A stretch of DNA of 64,000 bases from Lama guanicoe (Eukaryota): assembly GCA_013239625.1 (NCBI GenBank), contig MU053472.1, positions 1,629,236 to 1,693,235 of the forward strand. Reading direction: 5' to 3'. Positions 1 through 12,790 of this stretch are shown here, piece by piece. The position numbers were made by a program, and so were the translations under genes. Numbering within the stretch: the first letter of the stretch is position 1; every line of letters begins with the position of its first letter. Below the pieces are notes generated by a model. The model was not told where the DNA came from. It did not search any database and saw nothing but the letters and a program-made list of their open reading frames with translations.

Positions 1-67
1 GCCATCTACTGTCAGTTAGAAGTTACTATTAGATGATAATCATCATCTTCTTCATCATTAACTATCA

Positions 68-250
68 CATTTATTGTTGTAACACGTGCCTGACACAGCT
101 TTAAAGGCATTGCATGAATTTTCTCTATTATTTCTTAAAGCAACACGATGGAATAGATACCATTCCTATTCCTGTTTTACAGTTTTGAAAAAGTGAGGCA
201 CTGAATTCACACAGTGGATATGTGTATACAAACCCAAGATGGCATATTCT
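68..250 (-). mobile_element. MIR SINE fragment
   Basis: Degenerate MIR core (attcctgttttacag...aaagtgaggcactga). Boundaries approximate. Confidence 0.55.
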
Positions 251-805
251 TAATTTCATGCTGGTTGCATTTGGGACAATGAGAGGGCTATGAACTAAGA
301 TGATTAAATGGTATTATTCATGAATTCAGATTTTTTACCTACTTTCTTCATGCAGTAAATGGGAACACTATTCTTTCTTCTCAGAGGCTTATAGTGATTT
401 AGTTATCAGGTTTACAGTGACCTTTTTACTGTTCAGTTCCAATTAAGAACAGTCTTCAGCTGCTGGTAAAGTTACAATGGCCTGTACGAACCATGTGATC
501 GAAGTTTGAGGGTCGACAGTCCAGAGCTAGTGAAATGTTTCTGTGATATGTCATTAATGACCTAGATTCTCTCTAGCTGTGACATCTTTTAGACTATGAC
601 CCGTTCCTTAAGGATCTCACGATGGCTGCCATCTTTTCAGTTAGTGCATCTCAGAGACTTTAGGAAGAGGATCAAAATGAATATTAGGCTTGACAACCAA
701 TAGTTCCTGCCATGTGTTTTCAGCCCATAGTGTGCTCTAGGTCACAGATGCAGTGGAGAAGGGAAGAATGTGCAAATGGTATAGCACGATTAGATCTTGG
801 GGTCT

Positions 806-928
806 CTTTCTTTGTTGTTGGGGGACGTAATTAGGCTTATTTATTTGTCTTAATGGAGGTACTAGGGATTGAACCCAGTACCTTGTGCATACTAGGCGTG
901 TACTCTACCACTGAGTTTTACCCTCCCC
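806..928 (-). mobile_element. tRNA-Ala-derived SINE (camelid Vic-1-like)
   Basis: Reverse complement of ggggagggta..gctcagtggtagag...gggttcaatccc.agtacctcc plus a taaataaacctaattac-type tail. Confidence 0.85.
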
Positions 929-1399
929 ACTTTGTGGTCTTAATTGTTTTCTAGGGAGATGGTTCGATTACGTGGGCTACAAGGCACTTTTCTTCCAATG
1001 TAAATTTTTGGAAGTAGGCAAAAATTTTCCGTGTACTCAACCATTATACCAGGTATGGGGTAAGGATACAGAAACGTGAAAACCTAATTCCTTGTCCCAA
1101 AGACTCAAGGATGTTGCTGAAAACAAAAACATAGCACAGAGAAAATGATTGTGAAATAATGATGTGTAATAGGAATTCAGAGAAAGCAGAGATCAGTGTG
1201 CATGGATTAATGGGAGAAGGCCTCATGAGGAAGGCACAGCGTATGCTGGATCTAAAGGAGTGGACAGTTTGGCAGTACATGTAGAAGAGTAGGGACTTAG
1301 ATTGTAAAGCTTCAGCAGTAGAACAGAAAGTGGTATAAATAGGAAAGATGGAGGATTGTGACTTGGAACTCAGGTCATCTGCAAAACAGGTAACAACAA

Positions 1400-2320
1400 C
1401 CACTTCAGTGCTCTGGAACTCAACCAGAACCTTCCAACAGTGTGAAAAGTTTCTATGTTTGAGAAACTGGTAAATATTAAGCAGTGACAATGGGAATTTG
1501 TGGCATTCATGCCTGGGGCTCTCCCATCACACTGCACCCTTTCTCCTTCCAGCTTGGTTTCTTCTTCCAGAGTGCCCAGGGCATTGTCCATGGAAGTTAT
1601 GGTCTTGGGGGCATATGAGTTGTGAGGGCCAGTGGCTCTTTTACCTAAAGTCACGGTTAGCTGAGGAGCCATGAAAGCATCCAGGGGAAGCTAAAATCTG
1701 GTGGCTGAAAATATTCTGCCTGTTGAATGGGCTCCCCTGCCCACACACAGATCCTTTTGGAGAGAATGACAACCTTTATTAACTCAGGGTGTTTGAGCAT
1801 ATCTCTTTCGAATCGTTGACTAAAAACTAAGCTATAAAGACACAGGGGGCAACCCCCAGGAAATCAGGCTTTAAAATGAAAAGAAGACTTAAAGAAGAGT
1901 AGAGGCATTAGTAATTGCACATTGTGGAGGAAGATGGATTTCCAGAATAATACCATATTATGTAACACATCTAGCTTTCAACAGAAAATTATGACACATG
2001 CCACGAAACAGGAGAGTGTGGTATATTGAGAAAAGAAAGTGGATGATACAAACTGTTTCTGATTGTTTCCAATGTTAAATTTTGCAGACAAGCTTTTAAA
2101 GCAGCTGTTAGAAATATGTTCAAAGAACTAGATGAACCATGTTTCTGGAATTAAAGGAAAGTATGGTAACAGTGACTCAACAAATACAGGATCGCAGTAA
2201 GAAATTAGAAATTACAGAAAAACCAAAGGAAAATTCTGGAGTTGAAGAGATACAAAAGGTGAAGTAATAAACTTGCTGCAGGAACACAACACAATATTCA
2301 AGTCAGCACAAGGATCAGGG
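1400..2320 (+). mobile_element. Old L1M 5'UTR/ORF1-region fragment
   Basis: A-rich decayed ORF1-like sequence (aaatatgttcaaagaacta..., gaaaattctggagttgaa). Boundaries approximate. Confidence 0.6.
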
Positions 2321-2646
2321 AGGGACTGATGTGTTGACAAGGAGCCGAAAAGGAAGGGGAACCACAGACAGGAGGGGAAGCTACTGTGGTAGAAGGAAAC
2401 TTTGTTGACTTCACTTTTCCTGGTGTTTTCCTGGTGCCGCTGTAATTCAGGTGCAACTGCTGTGTTTGGTTTGCAGTTTTTCAAAGATTTTCCTTTCCTT
2501 GTGGAAATAATTTTAATTTTTATAGAATTCGCTTATTGAGGTATCACTTTATCAAAAAATAAGACAAAAAAAGGAAGGATGAGGTGGTTACATATAGTTG
2601 GCGATGAGATCACTGATTGAAGGATGGAAATGATGGTGTGTGGGTT

Positions 2647-3034
2647 ATGTTAGTTAGGGTTCCCCAGACAGAACCAGTAGGATATGGGATGTATGTGTAT
2701 GAGGAAGAGGGGGCAGTGGGAGATTGGTCTTAAGAAATTGGCTCATGTGATTGGGAAAGCTGCAAATCCAAAATCTGGAGACTGAGGGAAGATTTGCAGC
2801 TTAAGTCCAAAGACAGAATTCTGTCTTCCTCCAAGGAAGTCAGCTTTTAAATTCTGTTAAAGCTTTCAACTGATTGGATGAGTCCCACTCATTGTGGAGC
2901 ATAATCTGCTTTACTACTGATTTAAATGTTAATCGTATTTTAAAAAATGCCTTCACAGAAACATCTAGAATAATATTTGACCAAATCTGGTTATTGTGGC
3001 CCAGCTAAGTTGACACATAAAATTAATCACCGCA
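2647..3034 (-). mobile_element. MLT2 (ERVL) solo LTR
   Basis: The reverse complement starts tgcggtgattaattttatgtgtcaacttagctgggcc...ttggtcaaatattattctag, the MLT2 5' end. The other end is tgttagttagggttccccaga. Confidence 0.85.
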
Positions 3035-3859
3035 GGGGTGATGAATATAGTCTTGATTAAAATAGTATTTTCCTATTTGAAATAATCTCTTGTAGGTATT
3101 TGTCTCCCCTCACGCCCAACCCATTTCTGCTCCTTAATTTATTTCATAGTAAGGGGGTCATTCTGGCAGGAGACTGCTTTATGTCTGTATTATTTGCTGG
3201 GTTGTTTTATGAATGTTTTTTGATAGATAAATGCAAAGAAACTTTTGAATTAAGTGCATAAGCCATCTCATGAGCTGTAAATTCTAAGGTGATGTATCCT
3301 GGTATTATTGTAGACAAGTGCTCCCTTCCCTACATGTCTTTTTTTTTTTTTTAATTTTTTCCTCTCTTGTTTATACCTTTCTTTCTAATGTAAGAGGCTG
3401 GTAGGAAATACTCATTTTGTTTTCACTTATTTATTTGCTGATCTGATTAGAATAAAGCGAACTATTGTGTGTATCATCTTTGTCAAAATGTTTACAATCT
3501 CAAGAAGGACATTTTTGTAGAGGATTGTGTTCTGTTTTTTTAAGTGTTACATTACAGTCATTGGTGAAGAGAATTTTCTCCCTAATCTGAGCAAGTGATT
3601 TGTATATGAGCATATATATATCTTAAGTGTTATTCTGTGTGTTTCCACTAGGTTACCAGAAAGTAATACTGAATAGACACTTTTTAGTAACCCCAAATTT
3701 GACTATACTAACAGAGAAATTTAAGTTATCAGTGAATTCTTTTAGAATCTGTTTCCCAGATTTTGGGATTAAGAAAAAGTTACAACCCACATTTTTAATG
3801 AGATAAATGCTTGTTGTGTATCATATTATAGCACCAGGGAATGGAAGGCAAATGTTAAA

Positions 3860-4040
3860 TGCCTGTGTCTGTTAAATGTTTCCTCCGGCGTAACATCCTT
3901 TAATCTTACAACCCTGTGAAGGATCCTCATTTTATAAAGGAGGAGACTGAAGCTGAGGGAGGTTCACTCACAGTTGTGGAACTTTGCCTTGTTTGCCAAG
4001 TTTGTAGAAGGAATGGGTTTTGTATTCAGGGTGTCCTATA
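3860..4040 (-). mobile_element. MIR SINE fragment
   Basis: tttaatcttacaaccctgtgaagg..cctcattttataaaggaggagactgaagctgagggaggtt core. Confidence 0.65.
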
Positions 4041-5874
4041 CCTCAGGTTTATGCATTTATACTTTTCTGTTTTCTGACCAGTTATTTTCAGATAAGTGGA
4101 GTGGTTGTGTTTAAGCAGGTGACTTTTTAGGAGTGGCATATACTTTGGTTGTTGTTTCTACTTTTATTGTTATATTAGTGTGATGCATATTCCTTTGTAG
4201 CTACTTAGTTGGAATTTTTTAAAGTGTAAAGGGACCTCCTTGGTTAATTTTTTCCTTTATTTTAGCACATTGTTAGTAAATGCAAAGGGGATCTCCTTTA
4301 TACTATAGCAGTAATATTCAATAAACAGGGCTACTGAAAAATGGAAATAGCTAATTTAAGAAACATTCTTATTTTAAGACATGCAGCGCAACTTACGTCT
4401 AATGTGAAGGTCCCCTCCCCTGCTTCCAATTTTTAAATAAAGTAACAAAAAGTGAGAGGCACTTGAAGAAGTAGAGGATATGAGCGCATCCAAGTAGCCT
4501 GAATTGAAGAGTCTCAAGTTCATGGACGTAAAGGAAGGAACCTTCCTTTTGAGGGAGGAAATGGAAAAAACTGAAATAATGGAAAGAGTAGAAAAGTAAT
4601 TAAAAGAGACGTGCCTGAGTCAGATGGCGATGGAGCATTTATGTAGTGGCTGCTTAGAGATATTGTCATCAATGTTGCTTGCACTTCCAGAATGCTGATT
4701 TTATCTTGTTCGCCTGTATTTCCTTCTTGGTTCTAAGCACAGTGCCTTCTATCTAGGAGGCCCTCAAAACTACTTATTTTTTTGCTAAATGAATTTTAAT
4801 AAGCTTGCTATACAGCATTTTATTATTATCATACCAGTCCTTTATTTGAATGGTAGTAATACTTCTTTATGGTTGAGAAAATACCTTAATCTGAGCAACG
4901 ATGTGTCCTGAACCTGGGTATTGACATCTTCAAAGCCTGTGGTGCACAAAATCTTAGGACCCCTTTTACCCTTTGGAGACATACAAGACATGTCTGTTGC
5001 CATTCATTTCCCCGGCAAATGCTTTATTGAGCACAAGGTGCTTTGGACATTGTCGGTAGCTTAATATTTGCAATTGCTATGCTTAGTAAGTTATTCTTGG
5101 GAAAATTGAGTAAAATTTTCTTTTCTTTTGGGTATTTATACATTTTAATGCCTTTTCAAAGAAAGGAGGGAATTGTTACGGAAATAATCCCAATTTTTCC
5201 TCATATTTTATCCTTTAGATATAAACACATTACGCTTAGCCCACAAATTTGAATACTGGCTCTTACTGCATTCATGACGGTCATTAAAACATCACTGATT
5301 TTAGTATTCTAGTGATGTGTTCTTTCTTCCTTTGTGTGTTTGCATGTGTGTGTGTGAGAGAGACAGAGAGGGAGAGGGAGGCGCATGCAATTCCATAGTC
5401 ATTCCAGATAAGCCATTTAAGGTCTTGGAGGGAGATAATGTTTATTGTGCTACTGATCCAGGGATTAGTCAGTGCCTTGTGTAATAATTTGGGGAGGGGG
5501 GAAGTGTGGACAGTGTACTAAGGAAATGAAAGTTCGTTGTGTATTATGTGCTAAATAGTTCCAGTAATTCAGTTGTTTGTGGTTAGGATTTTGTTGGGTA
5601 TTTTGAATAATCACAAAAGAGTAACATTATTCAACAGCTGACTGCAGACCTTGAAGAATGTTAATCCAATATAATGGCATCACTTTATATACATTATTGG
5701 AGTGGAGATGTGATCTTTACATAGAGAGAATCATAGACTATGGGAAGTGGAAAGAACCTTCAGAATCATGTAATGTAACCACCTCATGATACAGATAAAG
5801 GATGTCTTACCCAGAGACTCACATCATTATCCATTTGGTGCTGGGAAGTTCTTGTAAGAGTGAGAAAGTTTCCC

Positions 5875-6144
5875 ACAGAAACAGACTCACAGATACAGAG
5901 AACAAACTAGTGGTTACCAGAGGGGAGCAGAGTGGGAGGAGGGGTGAAATAGGTTAAGGGGATTAGGAGGCACAGTCTACCAGTTGTAAAATAAATAAGT
6001 TACAGGGATATATGTATAGCAGAGAGAATATAGTGAATATTCTGTAATAACTCTGTATGTGTGTATTCTATAAAAGTATTAAAGCACTATATCATACACC
6101 TGAAACTAATATAATACTGTAAGTCAACTGTACTTCAGTAAAAA
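5875..6144 (+). mobile_element. 5'-truncated L1 3'UTR with poly(A) and diverged TSD
   Basis: Runs acagactcacagatacagagaacaaactagtggttacc...cacctgaaactaatataatactgtaagtcaactgtacttcagtaaaaaaa. Flanks aagagtgagaaagtttccc (5856) and aagactgagaaaatgtccc (6145). Confidence 0.85.
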
Positions 6145-7167
6145 AAGACTGAGAAAATGTCCCTTATCTCTTATTGAATAAGCATTCTATGGCCATATTT
6201 ATACGGTTGAATTTTAACAATCAGGAAAAAAACCCATAAAACCAAAAACATAAAAATCATAAATGATTGTCTTTTTAAATTTACCTTGAAAAAAGCAAAA
6301 CAATTTTAATAGCTGTGTAGGAATAAAGACTTACTTTCAAAATTAAGGACTATTCGTTAAATATAATACAATTAGTTCACAGTATTAATTTTTTTTTTGC
6401 AATTTTATTACATATTTCAAAAAAGGTCACGTTAGATTAGCAGAATTCCATGGGGCTCGTATTTGGTAGCCTCTGAGATAAAGCAGTAATTATTTAGGTG
6501 GAGGTTAAACACAGTGTCACTGTCCTGAAGTGTTACCGAAGAGACTATTTCAATTTACATCATAACATAAAGGTTACGTTAAATAGAACTAGAAGGGAGG
6601 TTGCTGGAATAATAGAACACCATGTTTCTTTTTGTTGTGAGGTTACAGAACCTTGACGTAAGATGCTAAATATTTTCGGTCTTAACTGAATTTCATCCTG
6701 TTGTGTGTGGGGTGTGATGGAATGACAGTTTGGGCTGACATTACTTGTGCAGATAGGAAAAAGACATTTATGCCATTCTTCCAGGGTTTGGTGCTCTAAT
6801 ACATGGGCTTTTCCAGCAATTCCTTGGCCTTCCTTCAGGCACCCAGTCTTTCCTTTGCTGATCTTACTGGTATTTTACATTTCTACGGGGGTCTCTGCGT
6901 GGCTTTGTGACTCTCTTTACTGCTTTCAAAGAGTGGGCTTTTACATCTCCGATACACCATTTATGCTGAGAGCTGCCACACAGGCAGAGAGGTTTTTAAT
7001 GAGATATAGGTCTGAATACTGGTTTATCCAGCATCATGGATGGTTCATGGACCTCTTGACTTTAGTGTTATCTTAGAAGAGACCTCAGAGCATGATAGAG
7101 CATGCCCTGTTCATCTGATTATGAATGTTAATAAAATCTTAAAGAAATAGTATTATGTCATTATGGT

Positions 7168-7314
7168 GGGGGGAGGATATAGCTCAAGTGGTAGAGTGCA
7201 TGCTTAGCATGCACGAGGTCTTGGGTTCAATCTCCAGTACCTCCTCTAAAACTAAATAAACCTAATTACCTCCCCCCACCAAAATAAAATAATTAAATAA
7301 TACAACTGAAAAAA
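7168..7314 (+). mobile_element. tRNA-Ala-derived SINE (Vic-1-like)
   Basis: gggggaggatatagctcaagtggtagagtgcatgcttagcatgcacgaggtcttgggttcaatctccagtacctcc followed by an A-rich tail. Confidence 0.9.
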
Positions 7315-8193
7315 GATTATATCACTGTAGCTTCTTAAGTACTTTTTCTCACGTGGCTCTGGTACCTTATATATCTTCAAATAACACTGCCTTTATTAAA
7401 CAGGAGCCACGGACAGGAATGTTAATTAGGCAACATTGACTCCGTTCACTTATTTCAAGTAAATTTTTAGTTTTCCTGTAGGGGTGATGCAGAGAACCAG
7501 GATATTACACACTTGACTCACACCCATACAGTTTTAAAGCACACACTGGAAAAATCTGTAAGATGATAAAAGATTTTAAACAGGGGAAGTTTTATTTTAA
7601 TGTATTTATTTTAAAATGTCGAATCTGAACAGTGGACTCTCGTAAGTGGTGTGTTGTATGATCATTTTTATAGATACTGTTGTATGTTTCCTTGTGATCC
7701 TGAAATTGGTTCGAATCTTAGATGGCTTACCAAAATGATTATATGTAGGTGACCAAACCAAAGGAATCCTGGTTTAATTTTTTCAAGAACTGTTTTTCTT
7801 GCTATTACATGATATATGTATTCCTGAACACCTATGCTAGAAATAGAAGGCATCCTCACCTTGGGTAATTTGAGGAGAGTTTAAATAAAGTAAGAAGGAG
7901 CTGAGATCCTTTGCCACTTCTAAGCAAGGGGAAAGAGCCATTAGCTGAACCTATAATGAGAGCCATATCAAGAGGGTTACCTGGCGGGAGCTGTGGCCCC
8001 TGGCATAGGGATTTGGGCCATCCGTGGTTCCCATAAGACATGTCTGATTCTGGTTTTCAGTGTCCACCTGAAAGTAGGTCACCTGAAGGTAGATTTGCCT
8101 TTCGAGAAAAGACTCTCTGATACCCTTCCTTATCAACAGCCACTTATAATAGAGTCTTTATACTTTGACTAGTATGATAAACTTTCATTATTT

Positions 8194-8334
8194 AATTTTT
8201 AACTTTTTTTTTGGTGGGGGGTAGGTAATTAGGTTCATTTATTTATTTATTTTTAGAGGAGGCACTGAGGATTGAACCCAGGAGCCCGTGCATGCTATAT
8301 ATGGGCTCTACCACTTGAGCTGTACCCTCCCTAC
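8194..8334 (-). mobile_element. tRNA-Ala-derived SINE with 14-bp TSD
   Basis: SINE body on the minus strand. Exact aactttcattattt at 8180-8193 and 8335-8348. Confidence 0.9.
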
Positions 8335-9209
8335 AACTTTCATTATTTTTAAGTTAAAATGCAATCTCTATTTTCAAATTAATGTTTATCATGTTAACTT
8401 GCTTTTATATTCAATTAGTATATCTTTCTCTCTCTGTGAAAATATGGATTGAAACAGAGCTCAGTACAGTTTTTCCTATTAAAAGTAATGGAAATGATTT
8501 TCCACTTAATGCCTTTTCATTTAGTGGCAGAGTTTTCAGGAACGAATTAAAGTCATTGAGGCTTGCGTATTTGCATATTTGGGTTATAGTTTTCTATTTT
8601 GTGGGATTTTGGAGGGATATTTTCATTAAGATTAAATCCTTGTTTTTCTTTTGGTAGTTTTGTGTGAATGTTGTTGTTGTTTTCTTTTGTTTTTTTTATG
8701 ATAAACTCAGTAAAGCTTTTCTTGGGCAGTGTTAAAAATAATTTTTATAGAGGTTAGTGGTTGTGGTTGGAGGGGTTGGGTCTTTACTTGGCGGGAGTGC
8801 ATCTTTTTCTGTAGGTACGGTGAAGTATAGGGTTTCTTTACTAAGTAGCACGGGGGTACAATGACTTCAGTTCTCCCTCCGATTTACTGGTAAGACCTGC
8901 ATTTCTTTCAGCTGCTTTCTACCATCTTTCCTTTACCGCTAAGTTACCATGGATACGTCCAACATCTGACGAGATTCCTCTCTGATGCTTTCCCCCTGAC
9001 AGGCGTCTCTGGTCCAGCACACACTCTCATGCCCTTACTTCTAGTTCATTAGTAGCCAAGGCTTTGGGCCAACATATGTGTATTTTGTGTGTTACCACTT
9101 TTCTTTAGGATCGGTACACCTAAGTATGAGCCGGCTGGAAATTCTTTTTATCTATTGTTGAAGCAGATTTGGCTCTTGAGCAACTGAAGCATGGTTGGTG
9201 CCAACTGAA

Positions 9210-9388
9210 GTGCTGATATTGTGGATATATTACATTATTAATTATGTTATACAATTAATAAGCATGTTATAATGTTATATATTCATTTGAAATTAACATT
9301 AATTTCACTCACTTCTTTTTAATGTGGTTACTAGAAAATTTTAAATTACATGCGTAGCTCACTTTTCCTTTCTGTTGGACTATGGCTG
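9210..9388. mobile_element. MER3/MER33-like hAT DNA transposon fragment
   Basis: ttaatttcac...tttttaatgtggttactagaaaattttaaattacatgcgtagctcac...ttggac resembles the MER3 end. Confidence 0.65.
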
Positions 9389-9789
9389 TAACCTTGCTTT
9401 GGGCTACAGGTATGTATTTGAACTCTTTCTGAACACCTCTGTGAGGAAAACCATCACAGTTTCTTCTTACATGTACACATGTATATATCCATCAATCCTG
9501 AGCTATTAGCCAGGAAATTTTACAGGGGTTTCTAAAAATCTGACTTAAGGAAAGTGTGCCAGAGATAGTATTTGGTAATACAGTTTTGACATTATGATAT
9601 TCTGGATGATGGTGGGCTTCCAGTGGCAGCTTTGGCAGTGTTAATCTAACAGGAAATCTACCCATAGTGACATTTATGTTGAATGGATCTGGTTTTCATT
9701 TTGGGTTCTATGATTTTCTTTCTATATGCATTTAGCCTAAGGTTGGTATCCTGTAATATTTGTTGATACTCCTGAAGCCATGGATAGAA

Positions 9790-9995
9790 GTTTAGAATAA
9801 TGGAAAGAACAACGATTTTGGGGACACACAGACCTAAATGTGAATTACTAGAGTGAAATTATTCAGTGGCTTTCAGGCTTAGTTTCCTTATTTGTAATGT
9901 GCTCATATGCAACTACTGTGCTGGGTAGGGATTAAAGAAGGCAATATTTTTAGGAACTTAGTACAATGTGAGGCCTGCAGTAGATGTACCTCATA
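9790..9995 (+). mobile_element. MIR SINE fragment
   Basis: aatggaaagaac...cagacct...cttagtttccttatttgtaa...gggattaaa. Confidence 0.6.
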
Positions 9996-10299
9996 TTATT
10001 TGGTCAGAAAGATACGGAGGGTAGCCGGGAACACTCTTTACAAGGAATTTCTTTCCATATATATCCATATATATGTATATAAATACAGAACAAAAAGTAT
10101 TTTTTGTTGGAAAGCGTTGCCTGTGTGATTGTTGGAAAACTGTGCCTGGTTTATCCACTCCTTGTTCTACAGGTTTGTCAGGCTTCATGTCCTAGCCCAG
10201 TTCTGTATCTCTTAGTATCTATGATGAAAGAGCCCTCTACTTTCATTGGAAAATGGTAATTTGTTTATATTCCCCAAGAAAGCTCTAGTTGTATTTATC

Positions 10300-10480
10300 T
10301 ATTTCCATCTTTATCGAGCTGTAATTGGAACATGACGAGCTGCATGTATTTACAGTGTACAGTAGGATCAATTTTCACGTGTAGACACACCCATGGGACC
10401 GTCTCTCCAGGCAGGATGATGAGTGTGTCCATCACCCACAGCAGTTTTCTCATGCTTTGCAGTACACCGCTGCTGCCCCT
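10300..10480 (-). mobile_element. Old L1M 3'-end fragment
   Basis: ctgcatgtatttacagtgtaca...acacacccatgggacc...tccatcacccacagcagttttctcatgc is typical of an antisense L1M 3'UTR. Confidence 0.6.
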
Positions 10481-11528
10481 CGCAGTGCTCAGTAGGAGAA
10501 GCACATCTCTGTGTAGTAAGTCTCTCTTGAGTATTGCTGAGATCTTTTTTATTGGGTGAGATACTTTGCTGCCATGTAGTTCAAGATGACTTCAGCATAA
10601 TATGGTTAAAAAGATAAAGGTGGGAGTCTTGAATTCAGAGTTGTTTCTCCTTCTGCTCTAAATCTTAAACTAAAGGCCCTTTAAAATAAACGTCTTCCCT
10701 CTAGAACCAGTTCACAAAACAACTACAGTGGTTGCCGTTTTCTGTGTAATCATTTCAAAACAACAGTTTTTTTTCAGCCACCAAAAGGATGCAGTCTTGA
10801 CATATAAATAGAAAACAGATTGAGTTTTTGGCTGATATTGCTCTACTGGTTTAAATGTTGGTTCAGTCAACTTCAGGCTTAGATTACAAGATTTGCAAAT
10901 TAAAGGAAAACCAAAAGGGGAAGAACATCTGCATAGATTCTGACTTTGTGGAATTCTGACCAGGCATGCTTACTCCGCTCGGGTGGAACAGGGCATGTGC
11001 ACAGTGAGTAAGCCTTGAGAAGAGATCACGGTTGTGTTGTGATCATCCCAAAGACAAAATTGATGATGAAAGTCAGGCAGTTCATTATGAAGAACCATGA
11101 CAGTTTGCAAATCAAGTATTATTCCACAAGTTTGTGGGGGAAATATTTTGTTGTGTATACTATACGGTATTTAACCAGAAGAAAAACCTCGCTAAATCTC
11201 ACTGGCTGTGTTCCTTGATGATTTTCTTGAATCAAAATCTTGGGAATGGAGGAAAGTCCTTTGGTTTAACTAAGACTTAAATGTGTTGCAGTCAAAGACT
11301 ATGTTGATGTAATTGACAGTTAATTAATTACTGCACACCTCAGTGAGATGTAAGGAATCTTTGCCTGCTACTGGAAAAATCTTACCTGTGTGTGTGATTT
11401 TAAAATGTTTAATATAGATTACCTATGCTGCTGTCTCAAAAATTGCTTTATTTTAGTGTTTTTTCCCTTTTGTTCCCTAAAAGAACTTTATATTCTTCTG
11501 AGAAATATTTATGGGTACTCATATTATG

Positions 11529-11700
11529 ATTGATTTTATATTTTATGGATTGTGTTATCTTTTAAATTTATTTATTTTGTGGGGGAGGCAATTAGGTTCA
11601 TTTGTTGATTTATTTGCTCTTAGAGGCGGTACTGGGGATTGAACCCAGGACCTTATGCATGCTAGGCATGCACTCTACTACTTGAGCTATATCCTCCCCC
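11529..11700 (-). mobile_element. tRNA-Ala-derived SINE with exact 17-bp TSD
   Basis: tgggtactcatattatg at 11512-11528 and 11701-11717. Confidence 0.92.
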
Positions 11701-11782
11701 TGGGTACTCATATTATGTATGGGTACCTATTGTATATTTCAGCTCCTCTCATAGTGTCTGGGAATTCAGTAATAATCCAAGG

Positions 11783-12009
11783 CAATATTTTTTAACTGAG
11801 AGGGGAGAGGGGAAGGGTGTTTTTGACCCCCAGGGGACACTTGGTAGTGCCTGGGGACATTTTTGGTTATCACAGCTTGGTGCTAGGAGGTGCTAGTGAT
11901 TTGGGTAGAGTCAACAATGTTGCTAAATATCCTATAATGTACAGATCAGCACCTGACAACAAAGATTTACCCAGCCTATGATTCAGTAGGGCCAAGGTTG
12001 AGACACTTG
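11783..12009 (+). mobile_element. MER20 hAT-Charlie DNA transposon
   Basis: ttttgacccccaggggacacttggtagtgcctggggacatttttggttatcacag...ccaaggttgagacacttg follows the recalled MER20 consensus end to end. Confidence 0.85.
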
Positions 12010-12149
12010 GATCTAAGGAGACAAAAATTGATGCACTGACTGAGCTGACATTCTAGCGTGGAGAGAGAAAAATAAAGTAAGTAGTATGGTAACAAGTGAT
12101 ATGTAAAGAATACTAGAGATGGTTAGAGAATGTCGGACAGGGCAATGTT

Positions 12150-12790
12150 ATGTGTTTTTGATGGACATTTGGATAATTTGCTGTTTTGGGCTATAGTGAA
12201 TAGTGCTCATATGAACTGGTGCCCATTTTTCCTGTATGTTAGGTTTTTTTTTTCTCACTCATTTGTTGAGTCCTTTTAATATAAGCCTCCTATCTGTGCT
12301 TTTATGGTTAGTGCCTTTTATATCCCATTTGCCCCCCAGGTCATGAAGCTGATTCCAAAATGTTTATGGTTATCAATACAGAGACTCAAGAACAGCCAAG
12401 ACAGTTTTGAAGAACAAAGTTGGTAGGATTATACTATTTGACATCGACTTATGAAGGAACAGTAAATAAGTTGCATTACTGCATTAATGGAGAGACCATC
12501 AGATTAGTGGAATACATAGGGAACTGAGAAGCAGGTTAACATCTTTTCATGGTAAAGAGGGCACTACGGGACAGAGGTGATTCATTTATGATTCTGGGCC
12601 ATTTGGATATCCGTATGGAAATTGAAGAAATTGTTTCATATACCATGCAAAAATCAACTCAAGATGCATTGTAGATCTAAATGTGAGAGAAAAAAGAACA
12701 AAGTATTTTGAAGGCAGAGAAATATTTTCATGACATAGATAGGCAGTCATTCCCTCAACAGAACATATGTACTCACCATAAAGGAAGACA
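12150..12790. mobile_element. Old L1 ORF2 fragments (antisense, then sense)
   Basis: Antisense ggacatttgg..tttggggctat-like stretch, then sense aacagccaagacagttttgaagaacaaagttgg...aaaatcaactcaagatgcattgtagatctaaatgtg. Confidence 0.65.

Noticed and set aside
7171..7245. Apparent tRNA-Ala(AGC) gene
   Set aside because: It is followed by the SINE tail, has stem mismatches, and belongs to a family with at least seven dispersed copies in this window, several with TSDs.
10962..11013. p53 half-sites and an 8-bp inverted repeat gcttactc/gagtaagc
   Set aside because: The half-sites are about 19 bp apart and the second is imperfect. An 8-bp stem with a 30-nt loop is expected by chance.
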